DNA of 64,000 nt from an uncultured Verrucomicrobiota bacterium (GCA_903873415.1 CAIQOK010000121.1:1486-65485); one strand, 5' to 3'; positions 1-10,104 are shown, counted from the stretch's first letter. Made by a program: numbers and translations. Notes: generated by a model from the letters alone, not told the origin.

Positions 1-373
1 CCAGTTTAAGCCCCGACTCGATGTCTTGGGAATTGTCCAGATGCGGGTCGTTGATTAATCCCTTCCAGCCGATGGTGGTGCGGGGTTTTTCAAAATACAC
101 GCGCATGACGATTTCCATGCGGTCGGCGAACTCGTGGCCTAGGACGCTGAGTTTGCGGGCGTATTCCAAGGCGTCGGCCGTGTCGTGAATGGAGCAGGGG
201 CCCACGACGACGAGCAGGCGCGGATCCTGGCGTCGAAGAATGCGGGTGACGGCCTGGCGGCTGCGCACGACGGTGGCGGCGGCGGCCTCGCTCATGGGCA
301 GGGCCGCTTTCAAAGTGACCGGCGCCAACAGCCGGATGATTTCCTTCACGTGCAAGTCTTGGGTCCGAAACAT
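1..373 (-). CDS. 3-deoxy-7-phosphoheptulonate (DAHP) synthase, class I (AroF/G/H type); N-terminal 124 codons only, gene runs off the left edge
   Basis: Absent from the ORF track because it is open at the window edge. Reverse-strand translation from ATG (373-371) gives [16 protein letters not shown]...[24 protein letters not shown]...[30 protein letters not shown], the signature N-terminal region of class I DAHP synthases. The track ORF 90..491(-) is a different, low-complexity frame. Confidence 0.9.
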   Translation of the reverse strand, partial: MFRTQDLHVKEIIRLLAPVTLKAALPMSEAAAATVVRSRQAVTRILRRQDPRLLVVVGPCSIHDTADALEYARKLSVLGHEFADRMEIVMRVYFEKPRTTIGWKGLINDPHLDNSQDIESGLKL

Positions 374-704
374 CAAGCACCATTATAGCGATCAGCGGCT
401 GGGATGAAAGAGGAATCCCATCGCAGCTAGCAGCTTTCCACTGCGTGTGCAGGGTGGCGACTCTCCAGTTCTGGGACACCCGTTGTCCCACCTGCGCCCG
501 GAAGATGACGTTTCAGGATTTTCGCTTGAAAACCAAGGGACTGCCCGGCGGGGGCGGGCTTGTGGTCGGCATCGGGCTAGCTCCCTGAAACTGAGAGAGA
601 TTCGATAGGATCGGGGAAGGGCATGCGGGTTGGCGTGTGTTAAGGCGTTGATTCTGGCTCGGCTCCCGGGGGTTGGCAGCTCTCCTGCGTAATGGGGATG
701 CGTG

Positions 705-3700
705 ATGGAAAGAGATTTTGCGCGGTTCAGAACCTTTTTTGCGGTGCGGGCCTTCTGGCTTGTTCTGGCAATGGTCTGCTTGTCTCTCTCCATGTCGGCC
801 CAGCAGCAAGCCGTGCTCGCTTGGGATCCGAGTCCCGATCCGGCGGTCAAGGGCTACAATGTTTACTGCGGCGGAAGCAGCCAGAGCTATACAAACCTCA
901 TCAACGCCCAGGCAGGCACAAACCTGACCGTGACCGGGTTGGTGGCCGGTGGCACGTATTACTTCGCCGCCACATCCTACGACGCTTCCGGATTGGAGAG
1001 TGTCCCGTCCGCCGAGGTGGTCTACACGGTTCCCAGCCCGCCGTTCATAGGCTTGATTGAGAATCAGATCATTGCCGTCAACGGCAGCACGGCACCCATC
1101 CCGTTTTTGATTGGGTCTGCGGTCATGCCGGCAGGGGCACTCCTCCTATCCGCCAGCTCCTCCAATCCACAGCTGTTGACCGGGAGCGGCATTGTTTTCG
1201 GTGGATCGGATTCCAACCGCACCGTGCAGGTCACGCCGCTGGTCGGACAGTCGGGCGTGGCGCTGATAACGGTGGCGGTGACCGACACCAATGGAGGGAG
1301 CACCACGGCTTTTTTTCAAGTTAGCGTTCAAGGGCCGCCGGTCATTTTCAGTCAGCCGTCCGCTTTGGTGGTGGGTTTTGGCGGGACGGCTTCGCTCAGT
1401 GTCGGGGCGGACAGTCCACTACCGATGACTTTTCAATGGCTCAAGAACGGGGCGGCTTTAAGTGACGGATTAAACATATCCGGTTCCGCCACAGCGACTT
1501 TGACTCTGAGTAATAACCAGGGCGGGGCCTCCGGCGCTTATTCCGTCAGGGTAGGCAATGCGGCCGGGGTGGTGGTCAGTTCCGTGGTGACGCTTGGTGT
1601 GAATGATCCTCTTCTTAATAGCCAGCCGGTGGCGCTGAGTCGCAGTGCTGGAGGTCGGGCCGTCTTTTCGGCGGCCGTTTCCGGCACCGGGCCGCTTATT
1701 TACCGGTGGCTGCGCGATGGCGCGGCGTTGAGTGATGGGGGCAACGTGAGCGGCTCGGCTTCCGCCACGCTCATTCTTGATCCTGTCACGGGTCAGGATG
1801 CCGCCGCCTACAGCGTGAGCGTCAGCAACGCGTTCGGCCGCGTGGTCAGTGTGCCTGCCGGGTTGGTGGTGAACGACCCTGCGATTGTGACGCAGCCTGC
1901 GGCGCTGGTCCGGAATGCGGGGTCGAGTGCTTTGTTTAGCGTGGCGGTGGCGGGTGGCGCACCGGCGGGCTATCAGTGGCTCAAAAACGGGTCGCCTTTG
2001 ACGGACGGCGCCAATGTTTCAGGGGCCCGCTCCAGCACGCTGAACTTGAATCCCCTGACGGGTGCGGATGCGGCGGTATACAGTGTCAGAATCACAAACA
2101 GCTTCGGCACTGTGACCAGTTCGGGTGCGGGCTTGGCGGTGAATGATCCGATGATTAGCGGGCAGCCGGCGGGCCTGACGAATTTTTCCGGGGCGGGTGC
2201 ATCGTTCACGGTCAGTGCCGCCGGGGGCGGGCCAATGAATTACCGGTGGCGGAAAAACGGAGTGCCGCTTAGCGACAGCGCGAATGTTACAGGAACCGGT
2301 ACGGCCGCCCTCAGTCTGGCCCGGTTGTCAGCAGCCGACTCAGCCGCTTACACCGTGGCGGTTGGCAATATCTATGGCACTGCCATCAGCGATCCCGCTC
2401 AGTTGACGGTGCAAACGATCGCTCCGGTGATCAGTCCCATGAGAGATCAAGTTGTGGTGGAGAACACTCCGACTGCGCCGCTTGCGTTCACGGTCGGGGA
2501 GGCCGGGTTTGCAGCCGGCACTCTGAGCCTGATGGCGGCGTCTTCCAACCCGCAGCTGGTGTCCGCGGCCGGCGTGGTTTTTGGCGGGTCGGATTCGAAT
2601 CGGACGGTGCAGGTGACGCCGGTTTTGAACCAAAGCGGCACGGCCTGGATCACGGTGAGTGTCAGTGACATTTATGGGAATACCTGCAGCAACCGGTTTC
2701 TGCTGACGGTGGAGGGGTTGCCGTTGATTCTCAGCCAGCCGGTGGGCCTCGTGCTCAATGCCGGTGGCGCAGGCAGCCTGAGCGTTGTGGCGACCAATGC
2801 CGGTTCGTTGACCTACCGGTGGTTCAAGGACGGAGTGGCGATGAGTGACGGAGCAGGTGTTTCCGGTTCAAGCGGGGCCGCGCTCATGTTGACAAATGTT
2901 CTGGGTGCCGCCGCCGGCAGCTACCGGGTGGCGGTCGGCGACCCGGTCGGTTCGGTCTTGAGTTCCGCCGCCACACTCCAGATCAATGATCCCGTCATCC
3001 TCAGCCAGTCGGGGGCTCTTACGCGCAATGCCGGCGGCGTGGCGGGTTTCAGCGTTGTGGTTGCCGGCACCGGGCCTCTTACCTACCAGTGGCGAAAAAA
3101 CGGACTCCCGCTCAGTGACGGGGGCGGTGTGAGCGGTTCCAGCTCCGGCACGCTGAACTTGAATCCGCTGACGGGTGCTGATTCGGCCCTCTACAGTGTG
3201 AGTGTTGCCAACGCCTTTGGCACCGCGACAAGTTCGGAGGTCGGGTTGGCGGTGAATGATCCGGTCATCACCAGCCAGCCGGCCGGTCTGATTTGCAACG
3301 CCGGCAGCGGTGCGAGCTTTACGGTTGCCGCGGCGGGAGGCGCTCCGCTGACCTACCAGTGGCGGAAAAACGGGATCCCTCTCAGCGACGGGGGGAATGT
3401 CACCGGTTCCACTGCGTCCCGGCTGGTCCTGAGTGCCCTGACGGGGCAGGATGCGGGCAATTACAGTGTGACGGTGACGGGAACAAACGGGAGCGTTGCC
3501 AGCCTGACCGCGGGCCTGGCGGTGAATGATCCGGTCATCACCAGCCAGCCCGCAGGGGCGACGAATCTTTTCGGGACAGGCGCCTTGTTGAGCGTTGGCG
3601 TTGCGGGTGGATTGCCCATTAATTATCAGTGGCTGAAAAACGGAGTGCCACTCAGTGACACTGGGAATGTGAGTGGAAGCGGCACGGCAACTCTGGGCAT

Positions 3701-5429
3701 TGACGGACTGAGGGCTGCGGATTCGGCCGGATACAGCGTAGTGGTGAGCAACAGCCACGGCAGTTGCACCAGTGCCCCCGCGCAACTTCTGGTGGTAGCT
3801 CCTCCCGCCAACGTCCTGCTGGTCGCCACCAATGGGGATGGTGCGGTGACGCCGGTGCTCAATCAACAAGCTCTGGTTCTTGGCAACACCTATGGGCTCA
3901 CGGCGATGCCGGCGCCTGGGCAGATGTTTGCCGGCTGGGGCGGCGGAATCACCTCCAGCACGCCGGCTTTGCGGTTCACCATGACAAGCAATCTGATGCT
4001 TGTGGCTAATTTTGTTCCGTTGCGCCTGGGTATTAAAGGGTTGGGATATATCACTCCGGATTTGTCCGGGATGCGGAATTTGACTGCGGGTGCGGTTTAT
4101 AGTTTGACCGCGGTGCCGGCACCCGGCCAAGTCTTTACCGGCTGGACGGGCACGACCAATTCCCGGGGGGTGGCGCTGCGGGTTTGCTTGACGCCCGGGC
4201 TGGAGTTGCAGGCCAATTTCGTTCCGGTGCGGGTTGGCGTGACCGGCCTGGGCAGTGTCTCCCCGGACTTGAGCCGGGAGTCGAATCTGACTCTGGGTGC
4301 CCGCTATACCCTGAGAGCCATTCCCGCTGCGGGGCAGGTTTTTTCCGGTTGGACCGGATGGACCAATTCCACCGCGTCGTCTTTGCCGGTGGTGATCACT
4401 TCCAACCTGATGCTGCAGGCCGACTTCATTGCCAGTCCCTATCCGGCCGTGAGCGGGGTCTACAACGGCCTGTTTTATGAGGCTGAGGCCGTCCGTTTAA
4501 GAAGCGCTGGGGCGGTGTCTGTTCGGGCCAACTCGCGGGGGGGGTATTCGGGCAAGCTTCAACTCAGCGGCGCAACATATTCTTTCAGCGGCAATCTCAG
4601 CCTTCAAAATCAGGCTGCCCAGTCGTTTGCCCGCGGCACCAACGCGCCCCTGACTTTGCGCTTCGCACTCGGTTCCGATCAGATCCATGGTTCGCTGAGT
4701 GATGGGGTGTGGGAGGCGGGGCTGCAGGGCGACCGTGCTCTTTTCAATGCCGCCACCAACCCGGCTCCGCAGTCGGGAGCTTACACGATGGTTCTATGGC
4801 GGGCTGGGGTGCCTTCCGTCTCCCAAGGGCACAGCTATGGGACGCTCACAGTCTCACGCGGCGGCTTGATTTCTTTTGTCGGATGCCTCGCGGACGGAAC
4901 AAAAATCAGCCAGAGCGCGCCGTTGTCGCAGAGCGGTCAATGGCCTTTCTATGTTTCCCTTTATGCCGGCAAGGGGTTGGCCGCCAGTTGGATCAATTTC
5001 ACCAATCAGCCCAGTACGGATTTGAGCGGGGCCTTGAGCTGGATGAGGCAGGGCGGCACTGCCGCTCGCTTATACCCCGGGGGATTTACAAATTTGCTGG
5101 AGTTGTATGGGTCTGCCTACCTGCCGCCGCATGGAACCAACCGGGTTTTGGACATGAGCGTTGCGCAACTTCTGTTCAGCGGCGGGAATCTGGCCTCGGA
5201 TTTATCCAGCCTGATGGGGTTGGGTGCCAACGGCAGGGTGGCCTGCCTGGCGGGGGCGCGGGCGAATATGCTCTTCTCGGCGGCGCGCGGAACTTTTGCG
5301 GGGACGGTTGTGGAGCCCTTTTCCGGCATGGCCAGACCTTTTTGGGGGGCGGTGTTGCAGAAATCCGGCGGTGGCTACGGATTCCTGCTCGGTCCCACCG
5401 AGACCAGTGAGGTTTCCCTTCTGCCTTGA
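705..5429 (+). CDS. Giant secreted/surface protein: signal peptide, FN3-like domain, 2 x (95-aa module + 4 Ig-like domains), 3 InlB-B-repeat-like domains, uncharacterised C-terminal region
   Basis: 1574-aa ORF (GTG at 702 is an alternative start). Hydrophobic N-terminus AFWLVLAMVCLSLSMSA. FN3-like LAWDPSPDPAVKGYNVYCG...GGTYYFAATSYD. Two modules with SSSNPQL..VFGGSDSNRTVQVTP. Eight ~90-aa repeats with the Y[QR]W[LRF][KR][ND]G..L.D...V.G....L motif, typical of I-set Ig domains. Three repeats with A.PA.GQ.F.GW. The last ~330 aa have no motif I recognise. Confidence 0.85.
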   Translation: MERDFARFRTFFAVRAFWLVLAMVCLSLSMSAQQQAVLAWDPSPDPAVKGYNVYCGGSSQSYTNLINAQAGTNLTVTGLVAGGTYYFAATSYDASGLESVPSAEVVYTVPSPPFIGLIENQIIAVNGSTAPIPFLIGSAVMPAGALLLSASSSNPQLLTGSGIVFGGSDSNRTVQVTPLVGQSGVALITVAVTDTNGGSTTAFFQVSVQGPPVIFSQPSALVVGFGGTASLSVGADSPLPMTFQWLKNGAALSDGLNISGSATATLTLSNNQGGASGAYSVRVGNAAGVVVSSVVTLGVNDPLLNSQPVALSRSAGGRAVFSAAVSGTGPLIYRWLRDGAALSDGGNVSGSASATLILDPVTGQDAAAYSVSVSNAFGRVVSVPAGLVVNDPAIVTQPAALVRNAGSSALFSVAVAGGAPAGYQWLKNGSPLTDGANVSGARSSTLNLNPLTGADAAVYSVRITNSFGTVTSSGAGLAVNDPMISGQPAGLTNFSGAGASFTVSAAGGGPMNYRWRKNGVPLSDSANVTGTGTAALSLARLSAADSAAYTVAVGNIYGTAISDPAQLTVQTIAPVISPMRDQVVVENTPTAPLAFTVGEAGFAAGTLSLMAASSNPQLVSAAGVVFGGSDSNRTVQVTPVLNQSGTAWITVSVSDIYGNTCSNRFLLTVEGLPLILSQPVGLVLNAGGAGSLSVVATNAGSLTYRWFKDGVAMSDGAGVSGSSGAALMLTNVLGAAAGSYRVAVGDPVGSVLSSAATLQINDPVILSQSGALTRNAGGVAGFSVVVAGTGPLTYQWRKNGLPLSDGGGVSGSSSGTLNLNPLTGADSALYSVSVANAFGTATSSEVGLAVNDPVITSQPAGLICNAGSGASFTVAAAGGAPLTYQWRKNGIPLSDGGNVTGSTASRLVLSALTGQDAGNYSVTVTGTNGSVASLTAGLAVNDPVITSQPAGATNLFGTGALLSVGVAGGLPINYQWLKNGVPLSDTGNVSGSGTATLGIDGLRAADSAGYSVVVSNSHGSCTSAPAQLLVVAPPANVLLVATNGDGAVTPVLNQQALVLGNTYGLTAMPAPGQMFAGWGGGITSSTPALRFTMTSNLMLVANFVPLRLGIKGLGYITPDLSGMRNLTAGAVYSLTAVPAPGQVFTGWTGTTNSRGVALRVCLTPGLELQANFVPVRVGVTGLGSVSPDLSRESNLTLGARYTLRAIPAAGQVFSGWTGWTNSTASSLPVVITSNLMLQADFIASPYPAVSGVYNGLFYEAEAVRLRSAGAVSVRANSRGGYSGKLQLSGATYSFSGNLSLQNQAAQSFARGTNAPLTLRFALGSDQIHGSLSDGVWEAGLQGDRALFNAATNPAPQSGAYTMVLWRAGVPSVSQGHSYGTLTVSRGGLISFVGCLADGTKISQSAPLSQSGQWPFYVSLYAGKGLAASWINFTNQPSTDLSGALSWMRQGGTAARLYPGGFTNLLELYGSAYLPPHGTNRVLDMSVAQLLFSGGNLASDLSSLMGLGANGRVACLAGARANMLFSAARGTFAGTVVEPFSGMARPFWGAVLQKSGGGYGFLLGPTETSEVSLLP

Positions 5430-5437
5430 GGGTTGGG

Positions 5438-5986
5438 TTAATCCAGCCCCAGAGTCTTGCGGCCCGCCTCGGAAATCATCGAGTGATGCCACTGAGGCTC
5501 CCAAACAATCTCCACCACAGCCTCGTCCACACCGGGCAGCTTCAAGAGTTTCTCCTGGGCGTCCCCGGCAATCACTCCCCCCATTCCGCATCCCGGCGCG
5601 GTCAGGGTCATCTTCACATCAATGCCGTTGGTCCCGTCGCTGCGACGCTCAATCTTCAGGTCATACACCAGCCCAAGATCGACAATATTGACCGGGATTT
5701 CCGGGTCGTAGCAGGTTCGGAGGGCGTTCCAGACTGTTTCTTCGTTCAGCGCTCCGCCCTCGGAGGACTGGTTCGCGGAGGCGGATGGGGAAACGGTTTG
5801 ACCCAGCGCGTCAGCATCGGCCGCATCGATGCGGAAAAGGCCGCCCGGGGCGTGCACGGTGAAGCTGCCCCCCAGAGTCTGGGTGATGTCGATTGCCGTG
5901 CCGGCGGGGAGCGTGACCTGGGTGCCGGCGGGGATTTGAACCGCCGGGCAGTCGCGTTGGAGGGTGATGGAAATTATTTTTTGCAT
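5438..5986 (-). CDS. sufT: Fe-S cluster assembly protein SufT (N-terminal SufT domain + DUF59/MIP18 domain)
   Basis: Start taken at internal ATG 5986 (MQKIISITLQRDCPAVQIPAGTQVTLPAGT...). The C-terminal half has the DUF59 pattern VWNALRTCYDPEIPVNIVDLGLVY...VKMTLTAPGCGMG...VEIVWEPQW. The track ORF extends to 6091 with an implausible N-terminal extension. Confidence 0.75.
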   Translation of the reverse strand: MQKIISITLQRDCPAVQIPAGTQVTLPAGTAIDITQTLGGSFTVHAPGGLFRIDAADADALGQTVSPSASANQSSEGGALNEETVWNALRTCYDPEIPVNIVDLGLVYDLKIERRSDGTNGIDVKMTLTAPGCGMGGVIAGDAQEKLLKLPGVDEAVVEIVWEPQWHHSMISEAGRKTLGLD

Positions 5987-6119
5987 GTTGAAAAAGCGCC
6001 CGGGTCTGTGGTTCCACGAGCTGCTGGACAGGCTAGAGCATCCAGGTCCGGAATGCCAAAAGATTTCGCCGGGCCACTTTCCGCTTTGCACCCGGCAGGC
6101 CCACGCTTAATTTTCCGGA

Positions 6120-7112
6120 GTGAGCACACTCCGACCGACCGTCACCGTAATCATTGCCGCGCGGCCCGACGAGGCCGTGGTTGGGGCGGTTGCCGCGGCG
6201 CGAGGGCTTCAATGGCCGGCCGGCTCTCTGGAAATACTTGTGGCCCGCGGCCGCCAACCTTCGGTTCAGCGCAACACCGCCCTGCGCCAAGCTCGGGGCG
6301 AATGGATCTATTTTCTGGATGATGACTCCCTGCCGGACCCGGAGAATCTTCGTCGCGTCGAGGTGTTGTTATCCGATTCCGCCGTGCAAATGATCGGCGG
6401 TCCCAATCTGTGTCCGGCCGATGCGCCGCTGCTGGAGCGGGTGTTTGCGGTGGTGCTTTCCAGCTGGCTGGCCTTTGGCCCGAGCCGCGCCCGCTATGCC
6501 CGGGTGGGCAAGGCCCGCAATTCCGGGGAGAAGGAGCTTATTCTCTGCAATCTCATGGCCCGGCGCGACTCCATCCTGGCCTTGGGCGGATTCAACGAGG
6601 CTCTTTATCCCAATGAGGAGAACGACCTTATGGACCAATTGCAGAAGTGCGGCGGCCGCTTGGTGTATGATCCGGATTTTTGCGTTCAGCGCCGGCCCCG
6701 CCGGTCGCTGGCTTCGTTTTTAAAAATGCTGCGCACCTATGGCCGTGGCCGGGCGGAGCAATTCCGCGTCAATCCCACCCCGGGTTCGGCCCTGAATTTC
6801 ATCCCGCCCCTTTTTTGCGTCTATCTGCTGGCTCTGACGGGGGTTGAACTTGCGCCCTTTGCCGGTCCCGGTGCCGCGGCGCTGAGGCGTTTCAGCGCGG
6901 TCCCGGTGGCCATTTATGCGTTGGCTCTTGCGGTCCAGACCACCGCCTCGGTGCGGGAGCACGGGTGGCGCCGGAGTCTGCTGGCGCAGCCGCTCCTGGT
7001 GGCCAGTCATCTTTTTTATGGTTGTGGTTTCTGGCTCGGCCTGTTCACTTCCTTGAAACGCGGGGCGGACCGACCCCGCTTTGAAGTGGTTCTGGAGACC
7101 ATTAATCCCTAA
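6120..7112 (+). CDS. Glycosyltransferase family 2 protein with C-terminal membrane segments
   Basis: GTG start. VTVIIAARPDE...SLEILVARG...QRNTALRQARGEWIYFLDDDSLPDPENL contains the GT2 DxD region. Hydrophobic helices fill the C-terminal third. Confidence 0.8.
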   Translation: MSTLRPTVTVIIAARPDEAVVGAVAAARGLQWPAGSLEILVARGRQPSVQRNTALRQARGEWIYFLDDDSLPDPENLRRVEVLLSDSAVQMIGGPNLCPADAPLLERVFAVVLSSWLAFGPSRARYARVGKARNSGEKELILCNLMARRDSILALGGFNEALYPNEENDLMDQLQKCGGRLVYDPDFCVQRRPRRSLASFLKMLRTYGRGRAEQFRVNPTPGSALNFIPPLFCVYLLALTGVELAPFAGPGAAALRRFSAVPVAIYALALAVQTTASVREHGWRRSLLAQPLLVASHLFYGCGFWLGLFTSLKRGADRPRFEVVLETINP

Positions 7113-7119
7113 AGTTTTT

Positions 7120-10104
7120 GTGAAGCCCGCAACGCTCAATAAAATAGTGGCCGGCTCGGCTGATCCTCTCCGGGCGCGCCATTATTGGGACTTGCTGGCG
7201 GCGACGCAGGCCGGCGCACTGCTTGAAAAATATTCCGGCGATCAAGCCCGACTGCTGGTTGCCGTTTTGGCCGGATCCCGGATTTTCGGGGACACCCTGG
7301 CCGCCCGGCCGGATTGGGTCGCAGACCTGGAGATTGAACGGCTGCGTTTTTCCCGTCGTGATCAGGGACTGCGCAGTGAGCTGGCGGAGCGGTTGGCCCC
7401 GGCGCTCAGAGGCGGGGATTTCACGGCCGCAACGGTGTGCTTGAGGGAGTTCAAAAGCCGTGAATGGCTGCGCATCGGCACCCGTGATCTGGCCCGGCTG
7501 GGTAATGCGGCGCAAATCACAGGGGAACTTTCCGATGTGGCGGACGTCTGTCTGGAGGGTTTGTATCAGATCTGCCACGCCCGTCTGGTGGCGCGGCACG
7601 GACGTCCATGGCATCAGGATTCTGCAGGTCGCTGGCAATCCACGGGTTTCAGCCTGATCGGGGTGGGCCGGTTGGGGGGGCGGGAATTGAGCTACAGACC
7701 GGAGGTGGATCTGTTGTTTCTTTATACGGCGGAGGGGCAGGTTTTCAAGTCGCGTCCCGCCCCGGGGAAGAGCCCGCGTGCCACACTGTCCAACCACCAG
7801 TTTTTCACGGAGTTGGCCGGGGTGTTTTCGGCTGAATCGTCTCAGGTCACGCCGCAAGGCATCTTGTTTCGCATCAATTCAGGCCTGCGCCCCGAGGGTG
7901 AGGCCGGTCCGTTGTGCCGCTCGCTTGAGGGTTATGAAAATTATTATTCCCAATGGGGTCAGGTCTGGGAGGGCTTGATGTTGATCAAAGCCCGCCCAGT
8001 GGCCGGGGAAACCGGTCTGGCGGCCGAGTTTCTTGAGATGATTCAAGCCTTTCGTTACCCGAGGGCGATCGGCCCCGAGGTGCTCAGCGAGATGGGTTCA
8101 CTTAAAAACCGGATCGAGACCGGTCCTCCTCCCTCCGGCGGACGGGAACGCAATGTTTATCTGGGGCGGGGCGGGCTGCGCGAGATTGAGTTCATCGCCC
8201 AAACCCAGCAGTTGTTGCAGGGGGGGCGGCAGCCCTTTTTGCAAAGCCCCCAAACCGTGGCGACTCTGGAAAAACTCGCGCGTTACCGGTTGCTCTCCCA
8301 CGAGGACACTTGGGCGTTGCGCGACGCCTGTTTTTTCCTGAGGGACGTCGAGCATCGTTTGCAGTTGGATGGAGATCTGGAGAATGAGTCCATCCCCGAA
8401 GAGCCGGCGGACTGTCTGCGCCTGGCCCGGCAGATGGGGGTGAACAGCGCCGTGGAATTCGAGGCCCTGCGCTCGGCCCATACCTCCGGCGTCCGGCGTG
8501 TTTTGGATCGACTCATCAAATCCGAACCGATGCCTGCGGGAGGAGGGCTGTTTCCGCCGCGCTTTTCGGGCGAGGAATCACGCTGGAAAGAGTTTCTGGC
8601 CGGGCACTCCTTTTGCAGGCCGGAACAAGCCCTGCGCACCCTGCGGGAATTTGTTGAGGGGCCGGGCCATGCGCATGTCTCCGCTCGGACCACGGAGTTG
8701 GCTTACTTGCTTCTTCCCCGCCTTTTCGCCTTGTGCCCCCGGCCGTCCATTTCCTCCGGCCCCGTGCCGGCCAAGGCGCTATCCGATCCCGACCGGGTCG
8801 TGCAGCGGCTGGGTGAGTTCCTGACCGCCTACGGTACGCGCTCCGTCCTTTTTGAATTGTGGTATCGAAACGCCTCGGTTTTCGAGCTGCTGGTGCTCCT
8901 CTTTGACCGTTCAGAGTTTCTCGCCGAACAAGCCATCAGGACCCCGGATGTGGTGGATGAGCTGGTGGTCAGCGGTCGCTTGCGTCAGCGCAAAACGGCG
9001 GATGAAACCCTTCGCGATTTGCGTCATGGCCTGGCGGATTCCAATCAGCGGCTGTGGCTGCGCCGCTATCATCAGGCTGAACTGATGCGGATTGGGCTCA
9101 GGGATATTCTGGGTCTGGCCGAAGAGGAGCAGTATCTGATCGAACTGACAGCTCTGGCCGAGGCTTGCTTGCGCTATGCCCTCGAGGTGGTGATGCAAAC
9201 CCACCACTGCAGCAGTGCGCCGTTTGCCGTTCTGGGGCTGGGCAGGCTTGCCGGCGGAGAGCTGGATTACGGATCGGATCTGGAGGTGCTTTTTGTCGCG
9301 CCGGATTCCGCGCCGCATCTGACCGCGCTGGACGGGTTTGCCCGCGAATTGCTGGGGCTGCTCTCGGAGCGGACGGAATGGGGGCTGGTCTTCAACACCA
9401 AAGCGAGGGTTTGGACTCAAGGGGGGCAGGAGCACATGGTTCAAACCCTGAGTGCCTGCCGCGACTATTATTTCCATCACGCCCCGCTTGAGGAGATTCA
9501 AGCGTTGACCCGCAGTCGGGCTGTTGCCGGGTATTTGGAGCTGGGGGAATCCTTTCAAACGTTGTCCGCGGAGGTGACCGGCCTTCAAAATCCCGCCGCC
9601 CCGCTGCCGCTGCGCTTTCCGGATTGGAAGCGGCAAATGAACGACGCTCGGGGGAGGATTGAGCGGAAACGCTTCCAAAAGGGCTGGGATGAGGGGGCAA
9701 TCCAGACCGGGCGGGGTGGGCTGATGGATGCGGAATTTGTGGCCCAAGCATTGTGCCTGCAACACGGTTGGCATGACTCGGGCACGCTGCGGGTTCTGGA
9801 GCGGGCTTGTGCCGCCGGGGTGCTGCCTGAAGCCCAAAGATTGATCGGCCCTTATAGGCGGTTGCGGCGGGTCGAGGGGGTTCTGCGGAGGTGGAGTTAC
9901 CAGGGGGAAACGGTCCTGCCAGAGGATCCAGCTCCCTTCTATCGTGTCGCGGTTCGGTGCGGGTTTGCCAGACCGGAGGAGTTCCGGCAGTCGCTGGCCC
10001 GTTGGCGCGCGGAAATTCGCGCGGTCTACGAGATTTTTTTCAAAGATGCCGCCGCTGGCGCTTCGCCTCGTAAAAAAACACCGCGCCGGCCGCCCCGACG
10101 TTGA
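7120..10104 (+). CDS. glnE: Bifunctional glutamine synthetase adenylyltransferase/adenylyl-removing enzyme
   Basis: Two nucleotidyltransferase cores are present: GVGRLGGRELSYRPEVDLLFLY and GLGRLAGGELDYGSDLEVLFVAP. Length is ~1000 aa. Start uncertain: GTG 7120 gives (M)KPATLNK and avoids overlap with the upstream gene; the track uses TTG 7081. Confidence 0.9.
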   Translation: MKPATLNKIVAGSADPLRARHYWDLLAATQAGALLEKYSGDQARLLVAVLAGSRIFGDTLAARPDWVADLEIERLRFSRRDQGLRSELAERLAPALRGGDFTAATVCLREFKSREWLRIGTRDLARLGNAAQITGELSDVADVCLEGLYQICHARLVARHGRPWHQDSAGRWQSTGFSLIGVGRLGGRELSYRPEVDLLFLYTAEGQVFKSRPAPGKSPRATLSNHQFFTELAGVFSAESSQVTPQGILFRINSGLRPEGEAGPLCRSLEGYENYYSQWGQVWEGLMLIKARPVAGETGLAAEFLEMIQAFRYPRAIGPEVLSEMGSLKNRIETGPPPSGGRERNVYLGRGGLREIEFIAQTQQLLQGGRQPFLQSPQTVATLEKLARYRLLSHEDTWALRDACFFLRDVEHRLQLDGDLENESIPEEPADCLRLARQMGVNSAVEFEALRSAHTSGVRRVLDRLIKSEPMPAGGGLFPPRFSGEESRWKEFLAGHSFCRPEQALRTLREFVEGPGHAHVSARTTELAYLLLPRLFALCPRPSISSGPVPAKALSDPDRVVQRLGEFLTAYGTRSVLFELWYRNASVFELLVLLFDRSEFLAEQAIRTPDVVDELVVSGRLRQRKTADETLRDLRHGLADSNQRLWLRRYHQAELMRIGLRDILGLAEEEQYLIELTALAEACLRYALEVVMQTHHCSSAPFAVLGLGRLAGGELDYGSDLEVLFVAPDSAPHLTALDGFARELLGLLSERTEWGLVFNTKARVWTQGGQEHMVQTLSACRDYYFHHAPLEEIQALTRSRAVAGYLELGESFQTLSAEVTGLQNPAAPLPLRFPDWKRQMNDARGRIERKRFQKGWDEGAIQTGRGGLMDAEFVAQALCLQHGWHDSGTLRVLERACAAGVLPEAQRLIGPYRRLRRVEGVLRRWSYQGETVLPEDPAPFYRVAVRCGFARPEEFRQSLARWRAEIRAVYEIFFKDAAAGASPRKKTPRRPPRR

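Noticed and set aside
90-491. Track ORF of 133 aa on the minus strand at the left edge
   Set aside because: It is in a different frame from the real gene. The DAHP synthase frame (1-373, open at the edge) has strong family signatures, while this ORF is Arg/Pro/His-rich nonsense.
1330-3800. Regular ~270-nt periodicity that might be mistaken for a tandem-repeat or CRISPR-like array
   Set aside because: The period corresponds to in-frame Ig-like protein domains within one long ORF. The units are diverged and contiguous, without short conserved direct repeats separated by unique spacers. No cas genes are present in the window.
2868-4130. 420-aa ORF on the minus strand inside the giant Ig-repeat gene
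   Set aside because: It is antisense to a gene with unmistakable domain repeats. Its translation is Arg/Gly/Pro/His-rich low complexity, typical of spurious antisense ORFs in high-GC DNA.
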